The notes beneath the pieces are model-generated. The model made no database searches. It saw only the letters and a program-made list of their open reading frames with translations, and was not told the origin of the DNA. Source: a virus (Duplodnaviria > Caudoviricetes). From it: a stretch of 59,055 nt of DNA. Positions 28,001 to 36,532 of this stretch are shown one piece after another. Both the position numbers and the translations under genes were made by a program. The DNA is taken from positions 1 through 59,055 of IMG/VR virus record IMGVR_UViG_3300021197_001961; one strand, 5' to 3'. Each line of letters begins with the position of its first letter. Position 1 is the stretch's first letter.

Positions 28001-31000
28001 GAAAATATTGGAATTCTAGCTGCTGGCTCATCTCCCACTGGAGGGGATGCATCTGGATCTTCTGGACCGTCTATGATGTCATAGGCTCCCCCAAAGAAAC
28101 TTTTTCTTACATTCTCGACAAGCGTTGGGATTATCAACGGCGGGATAGGGGGAATAGGCAGGAAAGCAAAGGCAGGTCCTGTCAACATTCCCACAGCGGC
28201 ATTATAAGCAGCAAACTGACCCCTCAAGGGGAGTGCTTCTGTGTTTGATAATACAGCATTTAAAAAACCATTGTTTCTATTTGGTTTAAAGCCGCTGGAC
28301 ATGTCAAAAGAATAAGAGGCGTAGAAAGGATCGAACATCGTATCAATATTCTCAGACGCTAGAGAAAGATTGCCCGGAGAATCTTTAGGTATAGCTTGCT
28401 GTAAGGACGTCGCTATTGTGTCTGTCAAAGATGCGTCAAAGCCTCTTGTCATCGTGGCTGTAAAATCAGATACAATATCTTCTATTCTATTTTCAAAAGC
28501 TGCAACTTGTTGTTGTATCTGCTCTTCTGTGATTTGATCGCCACATTCCTCTCTTAAGAGGTCAGCAAGGGGGTTTGGAGCCTCGGGGTCGCAAGTTGTG
28601 GCGATAGTATCTCTATCCGCGCCGAAGGCGCCCAGACCGTCTCTAAACTGGCTTAAAAACTCTGTTGTAAAGTTGGTGCCCAGGGTTATGAAGAAATTTT
28701 TAACTGATTCGGAATCTGATAAAAAGGAAGATAACTCCACACACTCTGTCTGGGCGATCTCTAGAACACTGTCTATTACACCGGGACCGGCGGTTCCCTC
28801 CAGAAGATCTATTAATTGATCCATTCTCAATCGGTTGCTAAGAGCGTCGACCAAGGAGCAAGATGTATCCGAGGACGTCAAAGCTGTGTTGGCAGCGGTT
28901 GGATCTCCAGTTGCGGAAGAGAACATTCTAGCCAACCCATCATTGATCGTGCCCTGGGGAGCATCGGCTCCACAAAATGCCTCTCTGAAGAGATCACCCA
29001 GATTGCCGACAGGGGGACCAGAAATAGCAGCCGCGCGACCAACTATGGACCCCTCAACTGCAGCGGATAGATTACCCCTAGCACGGTCGCAAACAGCCCC
29101 CTTTAGGACCTCAGTAGCTTTGCTTATCAGCCTCAAAAGAACCTTAAGGAGAATCTGGATCAGCAGATCCCTCAAGACTGGTAGAAGTGTATTGACGAAC
29201 ATGGACCTTAGCGAGACAACATTAAGAGATATTGTTATCTGCTCAATGTTTGGCAATGTTATTGGTCTTTTAGCAGGGGGAAGTTCGCAAATATCAAAAT
29301 CAGCGATTGCTGACTGAATGTTTTGACTAAGTTCCGCAAAACTTAATTCGCCTTCACCTTTTTTGCTGCTATTGACATTGACTACGCACGAAGCCGAATC
29401 GGCGAATGCTGTGATTAGGGATCCTATTACTGGAATGTCCTTAACTGCTTCCAGCAGTTCACTAAAGTCTAAAATATCAGTGATGATATCTACCAAAATC
29501 TCTACAGTTATGCCATAAAGATCGGCTAATAGCCCACCAGATAGACCACTAAAAGAATTTGGATCCCTCCCTTGCTGCCTGTCGGCGGCAGAGGCAAACT
29601 TTTCTAGCGTTTCTTCTCTTGGCGGCAGTGTTGGGTCAGTATCGCGACCGGTGCCAGCATCGTCTCTAGCGCCCTGGGCGTATCCAACCCAGAAAGCGTA
29701 TGCCTGCTCTTCCGTATAAGACTCTTCCGGTTCATATGTGTCCCCACGATACCCTAAAGTGTAAGCACTTCTATATTCACTTTGGAGCTGATCTGCGTCA
29801 GAATTATTTTGAAAGATTGACCCTTGATACACAAAATTTCCAGTGTACCGACTATCCTCTAGATTGCTTATCTGTTGTTCAAAGTCCCAAGGAAATTGTG
29901 TGGCACCGTTATACCCAACATCTTCCATATATTGGGATAGTCTATCCGTATAAATTTGCAATATTTCTGATTGCTGTTCTGCGGATAAAGCCCCATATAT
30001 GCCCCTCAATACCTTCGGGTCTATCTCTTTGAGAGCAGACTTAATTGCTAACGCGAGAGCAGTCTCAGCACTTATCCCACATACATCAAATTGAGATATA
30101 AACTTTAGTGTTTGAGCCATCAGTTTAAACAGACCGCAAACACTCATCTTATTAAAAAGCTTCTCCCAGGCTGATTTTATGACGTCAGCATCTTGCGATA
30201 TTTGCTCAATAGCTTGTGGTAAATTTGCCATGGTCAGGTCACCGGGCAAAAGTTGACGCCCAGCTTCTGCAGTTAGGACCTCCCCCAACTGATCTAAGAC
30301 GTTTTGGCTACCTAGTCTCTTGTCTCGCTCTTTTAGCTGCTCAGGAGTCATACACAAATCCGATGCTAATCTTGAAGAGATTTCATCGGCTAGACTCATA
30401 ACTGAGTCAACTATAGACCTCTCAATGGCTGCTAATTCGCCGTCTTGGCAATTCGCCGGTAACAGGCTTGGTGTTTCTGTATTTGTTTGGTCTGCCACCC
30501 TAATAGGGGGATAGTGATATCTTGTCGCAAAATCTAACACGCCAATCGGAGGCGCGGTAGAGATACTAAGTGCAATTTCAGGTAGCCTAGATAGATACGA
30601 TATCATTGTCGGGAAAACCAAAGGAGATGTCTGATCTAGCGATCGTATACTTATTTCTTCTTGTTCCCCACCTCTCTCCTTTGCAAACATGGCAGTTAGA
30701 TTATAGTTTGAATCGTGGTATACGAATATGCTCTCTGCCACGAGTTTGCTATTTGGCACCCTTACTTCAGCAGCTCTTGTTGTGGGCTCAAACTCAGAGG
30801 GTAGCTTGAATCCGCTGTGTGCCAGTGTATCAACCAAAGAAGCCTTTAGAATTGAAACGTTTTTTGATTCCGCTGTAAAGTTTGCTTCTATGGTCGAGCC
30901 TTGCAAAACCATCTTAGTTCTTTGGCTTCTCCATAGGTCAGCTTGTTGCTTGGTGAGGGTTCCCAAGAATTTACTTAGCTTATCGGCATTAGAATTAAAT

Positions 31001-32382
31001 TCAGAGGCGTTGACCTCAAAGAAGCTACCCTCCAGTGTTAGATCTTCAGGTTGAGCTGGGATTCTGTCCTCTAGCCTCATAGCTCGTATTAGAGAAAATG
31101 GAAATCTATAAAGCAACTGTAAGTTTAAATTGGGAGCTTTGTCAAATTCGTAAAACCCTCCATTTACAATAAAGCTTGATAGAATATTAAAATCTTCTTG
31201 AAAATAGTCCTTATTCAAGAAATCCATTAATTTCTGGATCGCTTCAGGAAAAAACTCTTCAACCCGCGCAGGCAACTCCTCGGCGCCGGGGCAAGCGTAA
31301 TCTGTCTTGATGGGCACGTAATACTCACACACCCTAGAATTCAGGAACGGCGTTGCTTGCGTTGTCCAATCTGGAACTATTGCTCCCGGGTCAAATGCAC
31401 AATCCTCTACTACCTCTCCTTCAGGCTCTTCCTCTGGGCATGGCGGTGGTGGGGGCACAATCATTGGAGGCACCGATGACAAGGGTCCGCCTACATCTTC
31501 CGCGGCGGTCGTGCCACTTCCAGCAGGAACTGAGCCTTCCGTTTCGTCGAACACTAACCTACCACTTGGATCTTCTGTAACTGCTGCCCCTGCTGAAGCC
31601 AATAGGCACCACCCGCTGGGTATCATTGAGCCAGGCAAGATCTCGCATGCACTTTCAATTGTGTTTGCCCTCGGACGGGATGGATCCCCATCTGGATATA
31701 TTTCAGAATCACGGGCGGGGTCATACTTAAAATATTTCGCCCATAGTTTAGCATCAGAGATGGCAGCTTTTAGAGTATATGTATCTAAAGTTGTTGCGTT
31801 TCTGACTCTATTTGAAAAATCGCCGTATTCATCAGCAAAATAGGTTCGAATACCCCCTGCGTCTGAAAACCAGAGGTCTCGCGAGATATACCCCCTATCA
31901 ATCTGACCAAGCCAAAAATCAACAACATAATGCATTCTCTTTGTTACTTGCAAAATGACGGCGCGAGCCTGAGCTTTCGTCATTCCTATAAATTCTTCTT
32001 GGGTTATGTAGCCCTCAAGAATACCCGAAGCCAATGTTCCCTCGCCTGCATCGGTTCCTTCACCATAATATGACGGGTCACGGCTTAGAAAAGCGTCTAA
32101 ATAACTTGTCGAGTATACCCCACCATCTGGGTCAACAGGCAATCGTGGACGCGGGGCAGGAGCGAAGTCTTCGGTATTTCTCCTCCACATCTCGTCATAA
32201 TCATAGCCAGATTCTGCTCTAGAGATATCGCTAGCGCTAGGAGTAACGCCTGTAAAATCTTTATCACTGAAATAGATCATGGGGAAGACATACTGCTTCC
32301 ACCACATATACCGGATACTATCAACGCTTGATGGACCCTCAAGCGCTGTGTATCTATCTGGACTTCCTATTGCGATTGCCAT
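25099..32382 (-). CDS. Giant hypothetical protein, 2427 aa, acidic, largely helical, with Pro-rich and hydrophobic segments; likely virion-associated
   Basis: Uninterrupted ORF between the spike gene and gp25. No family motif recognised. Confidence 0.55.
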   Translation of the reverse strand: MAIAIGSPDRYTALEGPSSVDSIRYMWWKQYVFPMIYFSDKDFTGVTPSASDISRAESGYDYDEMWRRNTEDFAPAPRPRLPVDPDGGVYSTSYLDAFLSRDPSYYGEGTDAGEGTLASGILEGYITQEEFIGMTKAQARAVILQVTKRMHYVVDFWLGQIDRGYISRDLWFSDAGGIRTYFADEYGDFSNRVRNATTLDTYTLKAAISDAKLWAKYFKYDPARDSEIYPDGDPSRPRANTIESACEILPGSMIPSGWCLLASAGAAVTEDPSGRLVFDETEGSVPAGSGTTAAEDVGGPLSSVPPMIVPPPPPCPEEEPEGEVVEDCAFDPGAIVPDWTTQATPFLNSRVCEYYVPIKTDYACPGAEELPARVEEFFPEAIQKLMDFLNKDYFQEDFNILSSFIVNGGFYEFDKAPNLNLQLLYRFPFSLIRAMRLEDRIPAQPEDLTLEGSFFEVNASEFNSNADKLSKFLGTLTKQQADLWRSQRTKMVLQGSTIEANFTAESKNVSILKASLVDTLAHSGFKLPSEFEPTTRAAEVRVPNSKLVAESIFVYHDSNYNLTAMFAKERGGEQEEISIRSLDQTSPLVFPTMISYLSRLPEIALSISTAPPIGVLDFATRYHYPPIRVADQTNTETPSLLPANCQDGELAAIERSIVDSVMSLADEISSRLASDLCMTPEQLKERDKRLGSQNVLDQLGEVLTAEAGRQLLPGDLTMANLPQAIEQISQDADVIKSAWEKLFNKMSVCGLFKLMAQTLKFISQFDVCGISAETALALAIKSALKEIDPKVLRGIYGALSAEQQSEILQIYTDRLSQYMEDVGYNGATQFPWDFEQQISNLEDSRYTGNFVYQGSIFQNNSDADQLQSEYRSAYTLGYRGDTYEPEESYTEEQAYAFWVGYAQGARDDAGTGRDTDPTLPPREETLEKFASAADRQQGRDPNSFSGLSGGLLADLYGITVEILVDIITDILDFSELLEAVKDIPVIGSLITAFADSASCVVNVNSSKKGEGELSFAELSQNIQSAIADFDICELPPAKRPITLPNIEQITISLNVVSLRSMFVNTLLPVLRDLLIQILLKVLLRLISKATEVLKGAVCDRARGNLSAAVEGSIVGRAAAISGPPVGNLGDLFREAFCGADAPQGTINDGLARMFSSATGDPTAANTALTSSDTSCSLVDALSNRLRMDQLIDLLEGTAGPGVIDSVLEIAQTECVELSSFLSDSESVKNFFITLGTNFTTEFLSQFRDGLGAFGADRDTIATTCDPEAPNPLADLLREECGDQITEEQIQQQVAAFENRIEDIVSDFTATMTRGFDASLTDTIATSLQQAIPKDSPGNLSLASENIDTMFDPFYASYSFDMSSGFKPNRNNGFLNAVLSNTEALPLRGQFAAYNAAVGMLTGPAFAFLPIPPIPPLIIPTLVENVRKSFFGGAYDIIDGPEDPDASPPVGDEPAARIPIFSKKPDTVAKYLQDQLSSNNLFTVSEEQPETVIANFELNGDTLFSMNYEFNTGRFRLTRHIRSAGQSGIDDSKTIEFRNTHTRDIFFQLESLLGPSGDGLGLNSLYDAIRYTSTDAEDRTYSLDDPVTTSGGGVISSITALDEEEMEQSLASILPGYGGRNDPLNVGTTFLMRQMILTGLFPNPASSETFEYSEYTREMYILMANLRAKALRGAGKLIADNNNAFSYGRYNLDTISDSQVYPAIDTELIEKGYSIVYLEDGNIFVQPPRKGGWLELKDILLPETVESYCCPDKKELLDLESIKERTLRGYSLTEDDPRLELNPRTVRQPPYSRPLSRLVLASIEGAILTTLRVYIVENIIQGYASFGKFKTNLNYTYDQILIDYMAEKIRNGLKSQPPNPGGPALAPGVSSDGENKLYAYWYEFLEQCVQVYIRRTNAEQAIITSEIDSALRTISATMEAYQYPQRKDLRAARQTRPFMTLKRLRRESKIEAIRQTEQYAMVILKQLISEELRILSDDIEEILPSPAGGWVENAGLNFLRQQAYEIGGRNIFDVPKVGGRILPNIGVATFRDDFENDSQFVLESYIKAELNTAGRAEISSLSTNTPIGIEEMLELLEASADYDSLSSTQVRELFTSFRYGLRLVYVPKPTDFGGDLVKNRMGAFGDDIVNRLYTHSGISGGGIGVYTIPIIYSESLELQFTGTFGEFRTIALESQSSVRSEGFNWRMLTLLMTQTDQFRLMFDYAAPVKAINSLTSIFNIEGFLDSIGVSDGWTVQPMPPIPPPIPIPLPPPGGYFQWSKKLFPNMKRRLKRLFNLLYRSNDFNYSPAGTSPSRREISDARQALDLPGFLDGLSPGMQDRIIFEDPLCLREENPLSETPRGTIPGYDGTVADRAAELADEGYSATEIKDIIAGESGYGARTPNAAESASPPPEPPPRDSFTTFDDDDDDDSAIGFGAGPGIGGGGSGK

Positions 32383-32391
32383 AATATTATC

Positions 32392-33339
32392 CTAATTCGT
32401 TTTGTTAAAACGGCTTCCAAACCATCTCGTGCCAGTGGGCTTAAACCTAGTTTCCGGCACTGATACTCCAGACTTAATTTTTAATTTATAAATATTTTGA
32501 TGTACAGCAGACATCTTATATGCCTCTTGACTTGGGATAAACGGTGTTAGTTGTTCTGAAACTAATACCTTGCCGGGACCGGCAAAAGTGTGAGTGTGTG
32601 CTGCAACTATATTATTAATTTTAGTCTGTGTTATTGCCATTTCGTTGACGATATCTGTTAAATCTGAAACTTGTTTCATTATTACCTCTAGCGCCTCGGC
32701 GAGGGCGTATGCTTTGACTATTGGCTCTAACTCTTCTGTTTCTATATCATTTCCAGCAATCAACTCAATGCCCGCAATTGTCTCAATCTCTCCACCTTGA
32801 GAATTTTTCTCTCCGCCGCGTCCTGTGCCAATGACGCCCCTTGCTTTACCAGTGACTAGTTTAATCCCCTCACGACCGATGAGGCGAACAGCATCTGCCT
32901 TCATTGCCACGGCGGATCTTTCATTGACTTCCGCGTCTCCTACTAAGCCAAAGTTTACATCAACATCCGTCTTTTGGCTGACATAAATTCTGGCTGCGTC
33001 TGTAAACATATTTGGCGCAACAACCCTATCGGTCTTTGGACCACCTTTTGAGGAAGCCATTCTGCCTACCACCATATCAATGGACCCAGCTTGAGTGTTT
33101 CCTTTGCCGCCATAGCCGGATGTGATATCAGCTGGTCTATCACGACCCAATATAATCCAAGAGTTGTTCTCATTGCTAATGACCACCTCACAGGGGGTTC
33201 TGTCAAAACTGGGAACTGCTTCGATGAGCTTCTTACCATTTATACCGGAATATGCTAGCTCGTCAGTTGCTTGTGCTGCTTGTATGGTTGATTCCTGTGC
33301 TCCAGATATCCCTTTAAAATCTCTTGCTTTTTCGCTCAT
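32392..33339 (-). CDS. Baseplate central spike-like protein (gp5 C-terminal/gpV type), 315 aa
   Basis: Short beta-strand repeats (SAVAMKADAVRLIGREGIKLVTG), then a helix and AAHTHTF, the HxH motif typical of metal-binding spike tips. Sits just downstream of the hub/M23 gene. Confidence 0.65.
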   Translation of the reverse strand: MSEKARDFKGISGAQESTIQAAQATDELAYSGINGKKLIEAVPSFDRTPCEVVISNENNSWIILGRDRPADITSGYGGKGNTQAGSIDMVVGRMASSKGGPKTDRVVAPNMFTDAARIYVSQKTDVDVNFGLVGDAEVNERSAVAMKADAVRLIGREGIKLVTGKARGVIGTGRGGEKNSQGGEIETIAGIELIAGNDIETEELEPIVKAYALAEALEVIMKQVSDLTDIVNEMAITQTKINNIVAAHTHTFAGPGKVLVSEQLTPFIPSQEAYKMSAVHQNIYKLKIKSGVSVPETRFKPTGTRWFGSRFNKTN

Positions 33340-33354
33340 GCATTATTCCTTCTA

Positions 33355-34575
33355 TTAGCTTGCTGGTGGCAAGGATCTATTTCCCCTATTAAACGTATCG
33401 TTTGTCAGATATCGTCTTGGGTTAACCTTGTTGTTTCCCTCTTTAACCTCAAAGTGTAAATGAAAACTGCCTGGAGAGCCAGAGTCACCAGTTTCTCCAA
33501 TCTTGGTGCCCGCCTCGACGGTGCCTCCGGTTTGGAGATTACTTTCGATCTCACTCATATGAAGATAGCGCGCGGTAACTCCGTCGCCCCTTTCTATTTC
33601 CACAAAGTTGCCGGCGCGAGCGTTTCTGTTCTCGTCGCTACCTCTTGGGGCTGCTAGCCCGTCAGAGATATACTGGTCCGTTCGCCTAACGGCTCGAATT
33701 GTGCCTGCGCAAACCGCTTTCAGCGGAGTCCCTAGTGGGGTAGCAAAATCTATTCCATTATGATTCCTAGTTCCCCTTTCTAGACCATACTCACTAGACA
33801 CTGGGTACGGGCTATCGAAGATAGTTGATGCAAAAGGTGTAAGCCCGTTATTTGGAGGCGGTCCCACCTGAGTTGCGGGGTCTGGTGGGTTGCCAACTGG
33901 TGGCGGCTCGCCTACACGCCTGGAGTTAAGCTCTGCCTGCTGCCTCTCGACGGGAGTCATAGTAGTTATACCGTCGCCAGAGCGCTCCCGAATATTAATC
34001 CTCTCGCCAGGCTCAACAGCAAACTGCAGCCTTGTCGAAGGGTCGACCGTATTTCCACTATCGTCAAAAGCAGCTGGTCCTTCGTAAAGCTCCAAATAGA
34101 CCCCGTCATATTGCCCAGAGACTGGTCCCTTTCCAAACGAAACTTTTATAATGGATCCCTCGGCAGGAATCGGGGTCTTCGGTCCTATTTTGGCTATAAA
34201 GAGAGGGTGCTGTTGAATGATACCCTTTGCACCAGGCTTACTCTTGTCCATAGGGATGGTTTCTGGACTTAAAACATGTGCGTGTAATTTTGGCACTCTA
34301 GCACGAACTGCCACATATTCTTTCTGAGAGGAGTCAGTTTGCCCCCTTGCCGTTCTTTGCCTCAAGAGTGGGGAATCGGATTCTACATCAATAACAATTG
34401 CTTGAAAAACTTTAGCATCTTTTAAGACATTTTTCTTAAAAAACGCAATTGCACCCTCGCGCTGCAGGGTGTACTCATAAGATTTTCTATTCTGACCTGC
34501 AGGATCAATTCTATCCGCAAAGGGGTCTTGAGGTAGGTAGTTTATCTCTTCTTTTACATCTCTCTGGTTCGCCAT
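33355..34575 (-). CDS. Baseplate hub-like protein with C-terminal M23 zinc peptidoglycan peptidase, 406 aa
   Basis: M23 motifs HNGIDF (HxxxD), YLHM and GDSGSPGSFHLHFEV (HxH). The N-terminal region (VRARVP..IPAEGSIIKVSFGKGP) resembles a gp5/gpV OB fold. Confidence 0.8.
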   Translation of the reverse strand: MANQRDVKEEINYLPQDPFADRIDPAGQNRKSYEYTLQREGAIAFFKKNVLKDAKVFQAIVIDVESDSPLLRQRTARGQTDSSQKEYVAVRARVPKLHAHVLSPETIPMDKSKPGAKGIIQQHPLFIAKIGPKTPIPAEGSIIKVSFGKGPVSGQYDGVYLELYEGPAAFDDSGNTVDPSTRLQFAVEPGERINIRERSGDGITTMTPVERQQAELNSRRVGEPPPVGNPPDPATQVGPPPNNGLTPFASTIFDSPYPVSSEYGLERGTRNHNGIDFATPLGTPLKAVCAGTIRAVRRTDQYISDGLAAPRGSDENRNARAGNFVEIERGDGVTARYLHMSEIESNLQTGGTVEAGTKIGETGDSGSPGSFHLHFEVKEGNNKVNPRRYLTNDTFNRGNRSLPPAS

Positions 34576-34865
34576 TAGTCTTCACCCTTGATCATATCAA
34601 ACAAATCGTCTTTATCTTTGTCTGAAAGACCAAGGTTGCCGGATGAACTCTCTCGCTTATGTATGATTGTGCTGACTTTTACAAGTTGCTCATTAGATCT
34701 CTGCAAAGTCTCTACATACTTGGCTGCTGTCTGTCCCACCTCTTTATGGCTATGTTGGTCTTGCGACATGTATTGCATAACATCAGAGAGAAGCTCCTTA
34801 GTTACCTCTCGATCCTCTCTTATATTATCTATAGCCTCAGTTAGATAGGCGTTCAGGTCTTTCAT
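34575..34865 (-). CDS. Small helical hypothetical protein (96 aa), weakly reminiscent of T4 gp16-type small terminase
   Basis: ATG 34865 overlaps the upstream stop (TAATG). HSHKEVGQTAAKYVETLQRSNEQLVKV is loosely like the gp16 central helix. The functional call is weak. Confidence 0.4.
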   Translation of the reverse strand: MKDLNAYLTEAIDNIREDREVTKELLSDVMQYMSQDQHSHKEVGQTAAKYVETLQRSNEQLVKVSTIIHKRESSSGNLGLSDKDKDDLFDMIKGED

Positions 34866-35566
34866 TAGATGTCCCCGCGATTCCATTTACCCTTGAAAAC
34901 ACGATATTTAACACGCATCTTGTTTAAGTTATTAACAACCTGCTTGGTGTTAAGACCTGTGATCTCTCGAATATATAGGTAAATAGCCTTTTTATTGAAA
35001 ATTTCAATATCCTCGGGGCTAGATAATATTATCTTTATAGCTTCTAAGACCTTCTTTTCATTCTCTTTTAAGTTGCCAGTATCCCAGGTATCAATTTCAC
35101 CCCACAAATAATTCCAAAATTCAGCCTCTTCTCTCTTGTGGTGATATGGATTGTAAGAGGATAGATACTTCTGCTCTACCTCTCCACTAATATCCTCAAA
35201 GTCGGTCTCCCTTTTATTCCTAGTGTTGGTCTTCTTTACTTTGTGTATAAACCAGTTTTTAGTAATTACTGAGAAGTATGAAAACGCTTTTGACCCTTTA
35301 TTGGGGTCGTATTTATCTAAAATTGTGGTTAACCAAACTTTGCATTCTTCACGCAGTGAGTCTACGTTTGGAAGTGTGGTAAATTTATAGGTAAAAACCA
35401 CCTTATCTACCATCTCACTAAAGGCGGGCTCAATATATTCAATATAGAGCTGTGTTCTCACACGCACGTCTCTAGTATTTGCATACGCGACTATCGCATT
35501 CTCGTGGTCTTTTGTGAAATAATGATTTTTACTCTTTGATCTTTTTCTCCCTCTACGCGCCGCCAT
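34865..35566 (-). CDS. Phage sigma factor-like protein (T4 gp55 / sigma70 region 2 type), 233 aa
   Basis: LREECKVWLTTILDKYDPNKGSKAFSYFSVITKNWFIHKVKK matches the region 2 F/YDPxKG..F.SY pattern. The C-terminal YIREITGLNTKQVVNNLNKMR looks HTH-like. Confidence 0.65.
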   Translation of the reverse strand: MAARRGRKRSKSKNHYFTKDHENAIVAYANTRDVRVRTQLYIEYIEPAFSEMVDKVVFTYKFTTLPNVDSLREECKVWLTTILDKYDPNKGSKAFSYFSVITKNWFIHKVKKTNTRNKRETDFEDISGEVEQKYLSSYNPYHHKREEAEFWNYLWGEIDTWDTGNLKENEKKVLEAIKIILSSPEDIEIFNKKAIYLYIREITGLNTKQVVNNLNKMRVKYRVFKGKWNRGDI

Positions 35567-35867
35567 CGATTTCCTCCTCTTCCGGTTGCTCTAGCTCTTC
35601 AAGGGAAAAGCTATCATTGAATTGTGAGATGTTATTAGTTAATTCCCTGGAATGTTGCATCAATCTTCCCAAAGTATCATCACCATAAAATGTTTCTAGC
35701 TCGTGAACACTAGTGATATGTGTGCTAAATTCTTGCAGATCGTTTTCTAGCGACGTTAGTGTATCAGAAAAAAATATGAATTGACTGGTTAGCTTCTTGG
35801 AGTACCACGCCAACAATACGTTAACAAGAAAAGACAGCAGGAAAGAGATTGTTAATAAAATATTCAT
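35553..35867 (-). CDS. Hypothetical protein with N-terminal transmembrane helix, 104 aa
   Basis: ILLTISFLLSFLVNVLLAWY hydrophobic stretch, followed by a coiled and acidic region. Confidence 0.6.
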   Translation of the reverse strand: MNILLTISFLLSFLVNVLLAWYSKKLTSQFIFFSDTLTSLENDLQEFSTHITSVHELETFYGDDTLGRLMQHSRELTNNISQFNDSFSLEELEQPEEEEIDGGA

Positions 35868-36125
35868 TTATGTAATCTTCTCTCGTAATCTCTTCTTTTC
35901 TTCTTTTACTTCTTTTGTTACGTCTCGTATATATTCTTTAACAATTTTTCCCGGCTTTTGTTTTGAAAAATTATTATTTTTCTTGATATTGGATGTCTTG
36001 GAGGGCACCCTTTTTACTGGGGCTGGGGGATTGCAAGTAACACAATGCTCTAAGGTCTCACTCATGGCGTGAAAATGCTCAAACACTAAATCACATTTTT
36101 CACACTTGTAAGTATATGTTGGCAT
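35868..36125 (-). CDS. FmdB-family zinc ribbon protein, 85 aa
   Basis: MPTYTYKCEKC...FE...CVTC pattern (MPxYxYxCxxC...CxxC). Confidence 0.85.
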   Translation of the reverse strand: MPTYTYKCEKCDLVFEHFHAMSETLEHCVTCNPPAPVKRVPSKTSNIKKNNNFSKQKPGKIVKEYIRDVTKEVKEEKKRLREKIT

Positions 36126-36127
36126 TA

Positions 36128-36337
36128 CTACTCGTTATTGTCATCTAGTATCATGCCATCGGTATCAAACTTAACAATAGGGGGGTTCTTTACAACTAGA
36201 CCCTTATCAGTAGGCACAAAATCCATCTTCTGGAGAACCGGGACAATATCCGATTGTTCCATAAGGGACTTCTGCAGTGCCATCATAACAGCGCCTAGAG
36301 CTTGATCAGATAGGTTAAAACTCTTTAATTCTGCCAT
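36128..36337 (-). CDS. Hypothetical protein, 69 aa
   Basis: ATG at 36337 preceded by SD GGAGG. MAELKSFNLSDQALGAVMMALQKSLMEQSDIVPVL... Confidence 0.6.
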   Translation of the reverse strand: MAELKSFNLSDQALGAVMMALQKSLMEQSDIVPVLQKMDFVPTDKGLVVKNPPIVKFDTDGMILDDNNE

Positions 36338-36341
36338 TTTC

Positions 36342-36509
36342 TTACCTCCCCTCAACAACGTTGAGAATTTTTCTCATGTCTTGCTGAACTAGCTTCCTTG
36401 TTGTCTTGAGTTCATTCTCTAGGATGACAATGCGATCAGTTAGCTCACTCACACGAGAGCGCAGGGTAGTGATCTGCCTCTCGTTATTTACTTCAGTCTT
36501 AGTTGGCAT
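36342..36509 (-). CDS. Small coiled-coil protein, 55 aa (missing from ORF track)
   Basis: Hand translation MPTKTEVNNERQITTLRSRVSELTDRIVILENELKTTRKLVQQDMRKILNVVEGR. SD AGGAG upstream, heptad pattern, and it fills the gap neatly. Confidence 0.65.
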   Translation of the reverse strand: MPTKTEVNNERQITTLRSRVSELTDRIVILENELKTTRKLVQQDMRKILNVVEGR

Positions 36510-36532
36510 TTTTTTCTCCTTTTTAAAAATTT

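Noticed and set aside
28835-29317. 160-aa plus-strand ORF and the other short plus-strand ORFs in the track
   Set aside because: All are nested antisense within long minus-strand genes and have no family motifs.
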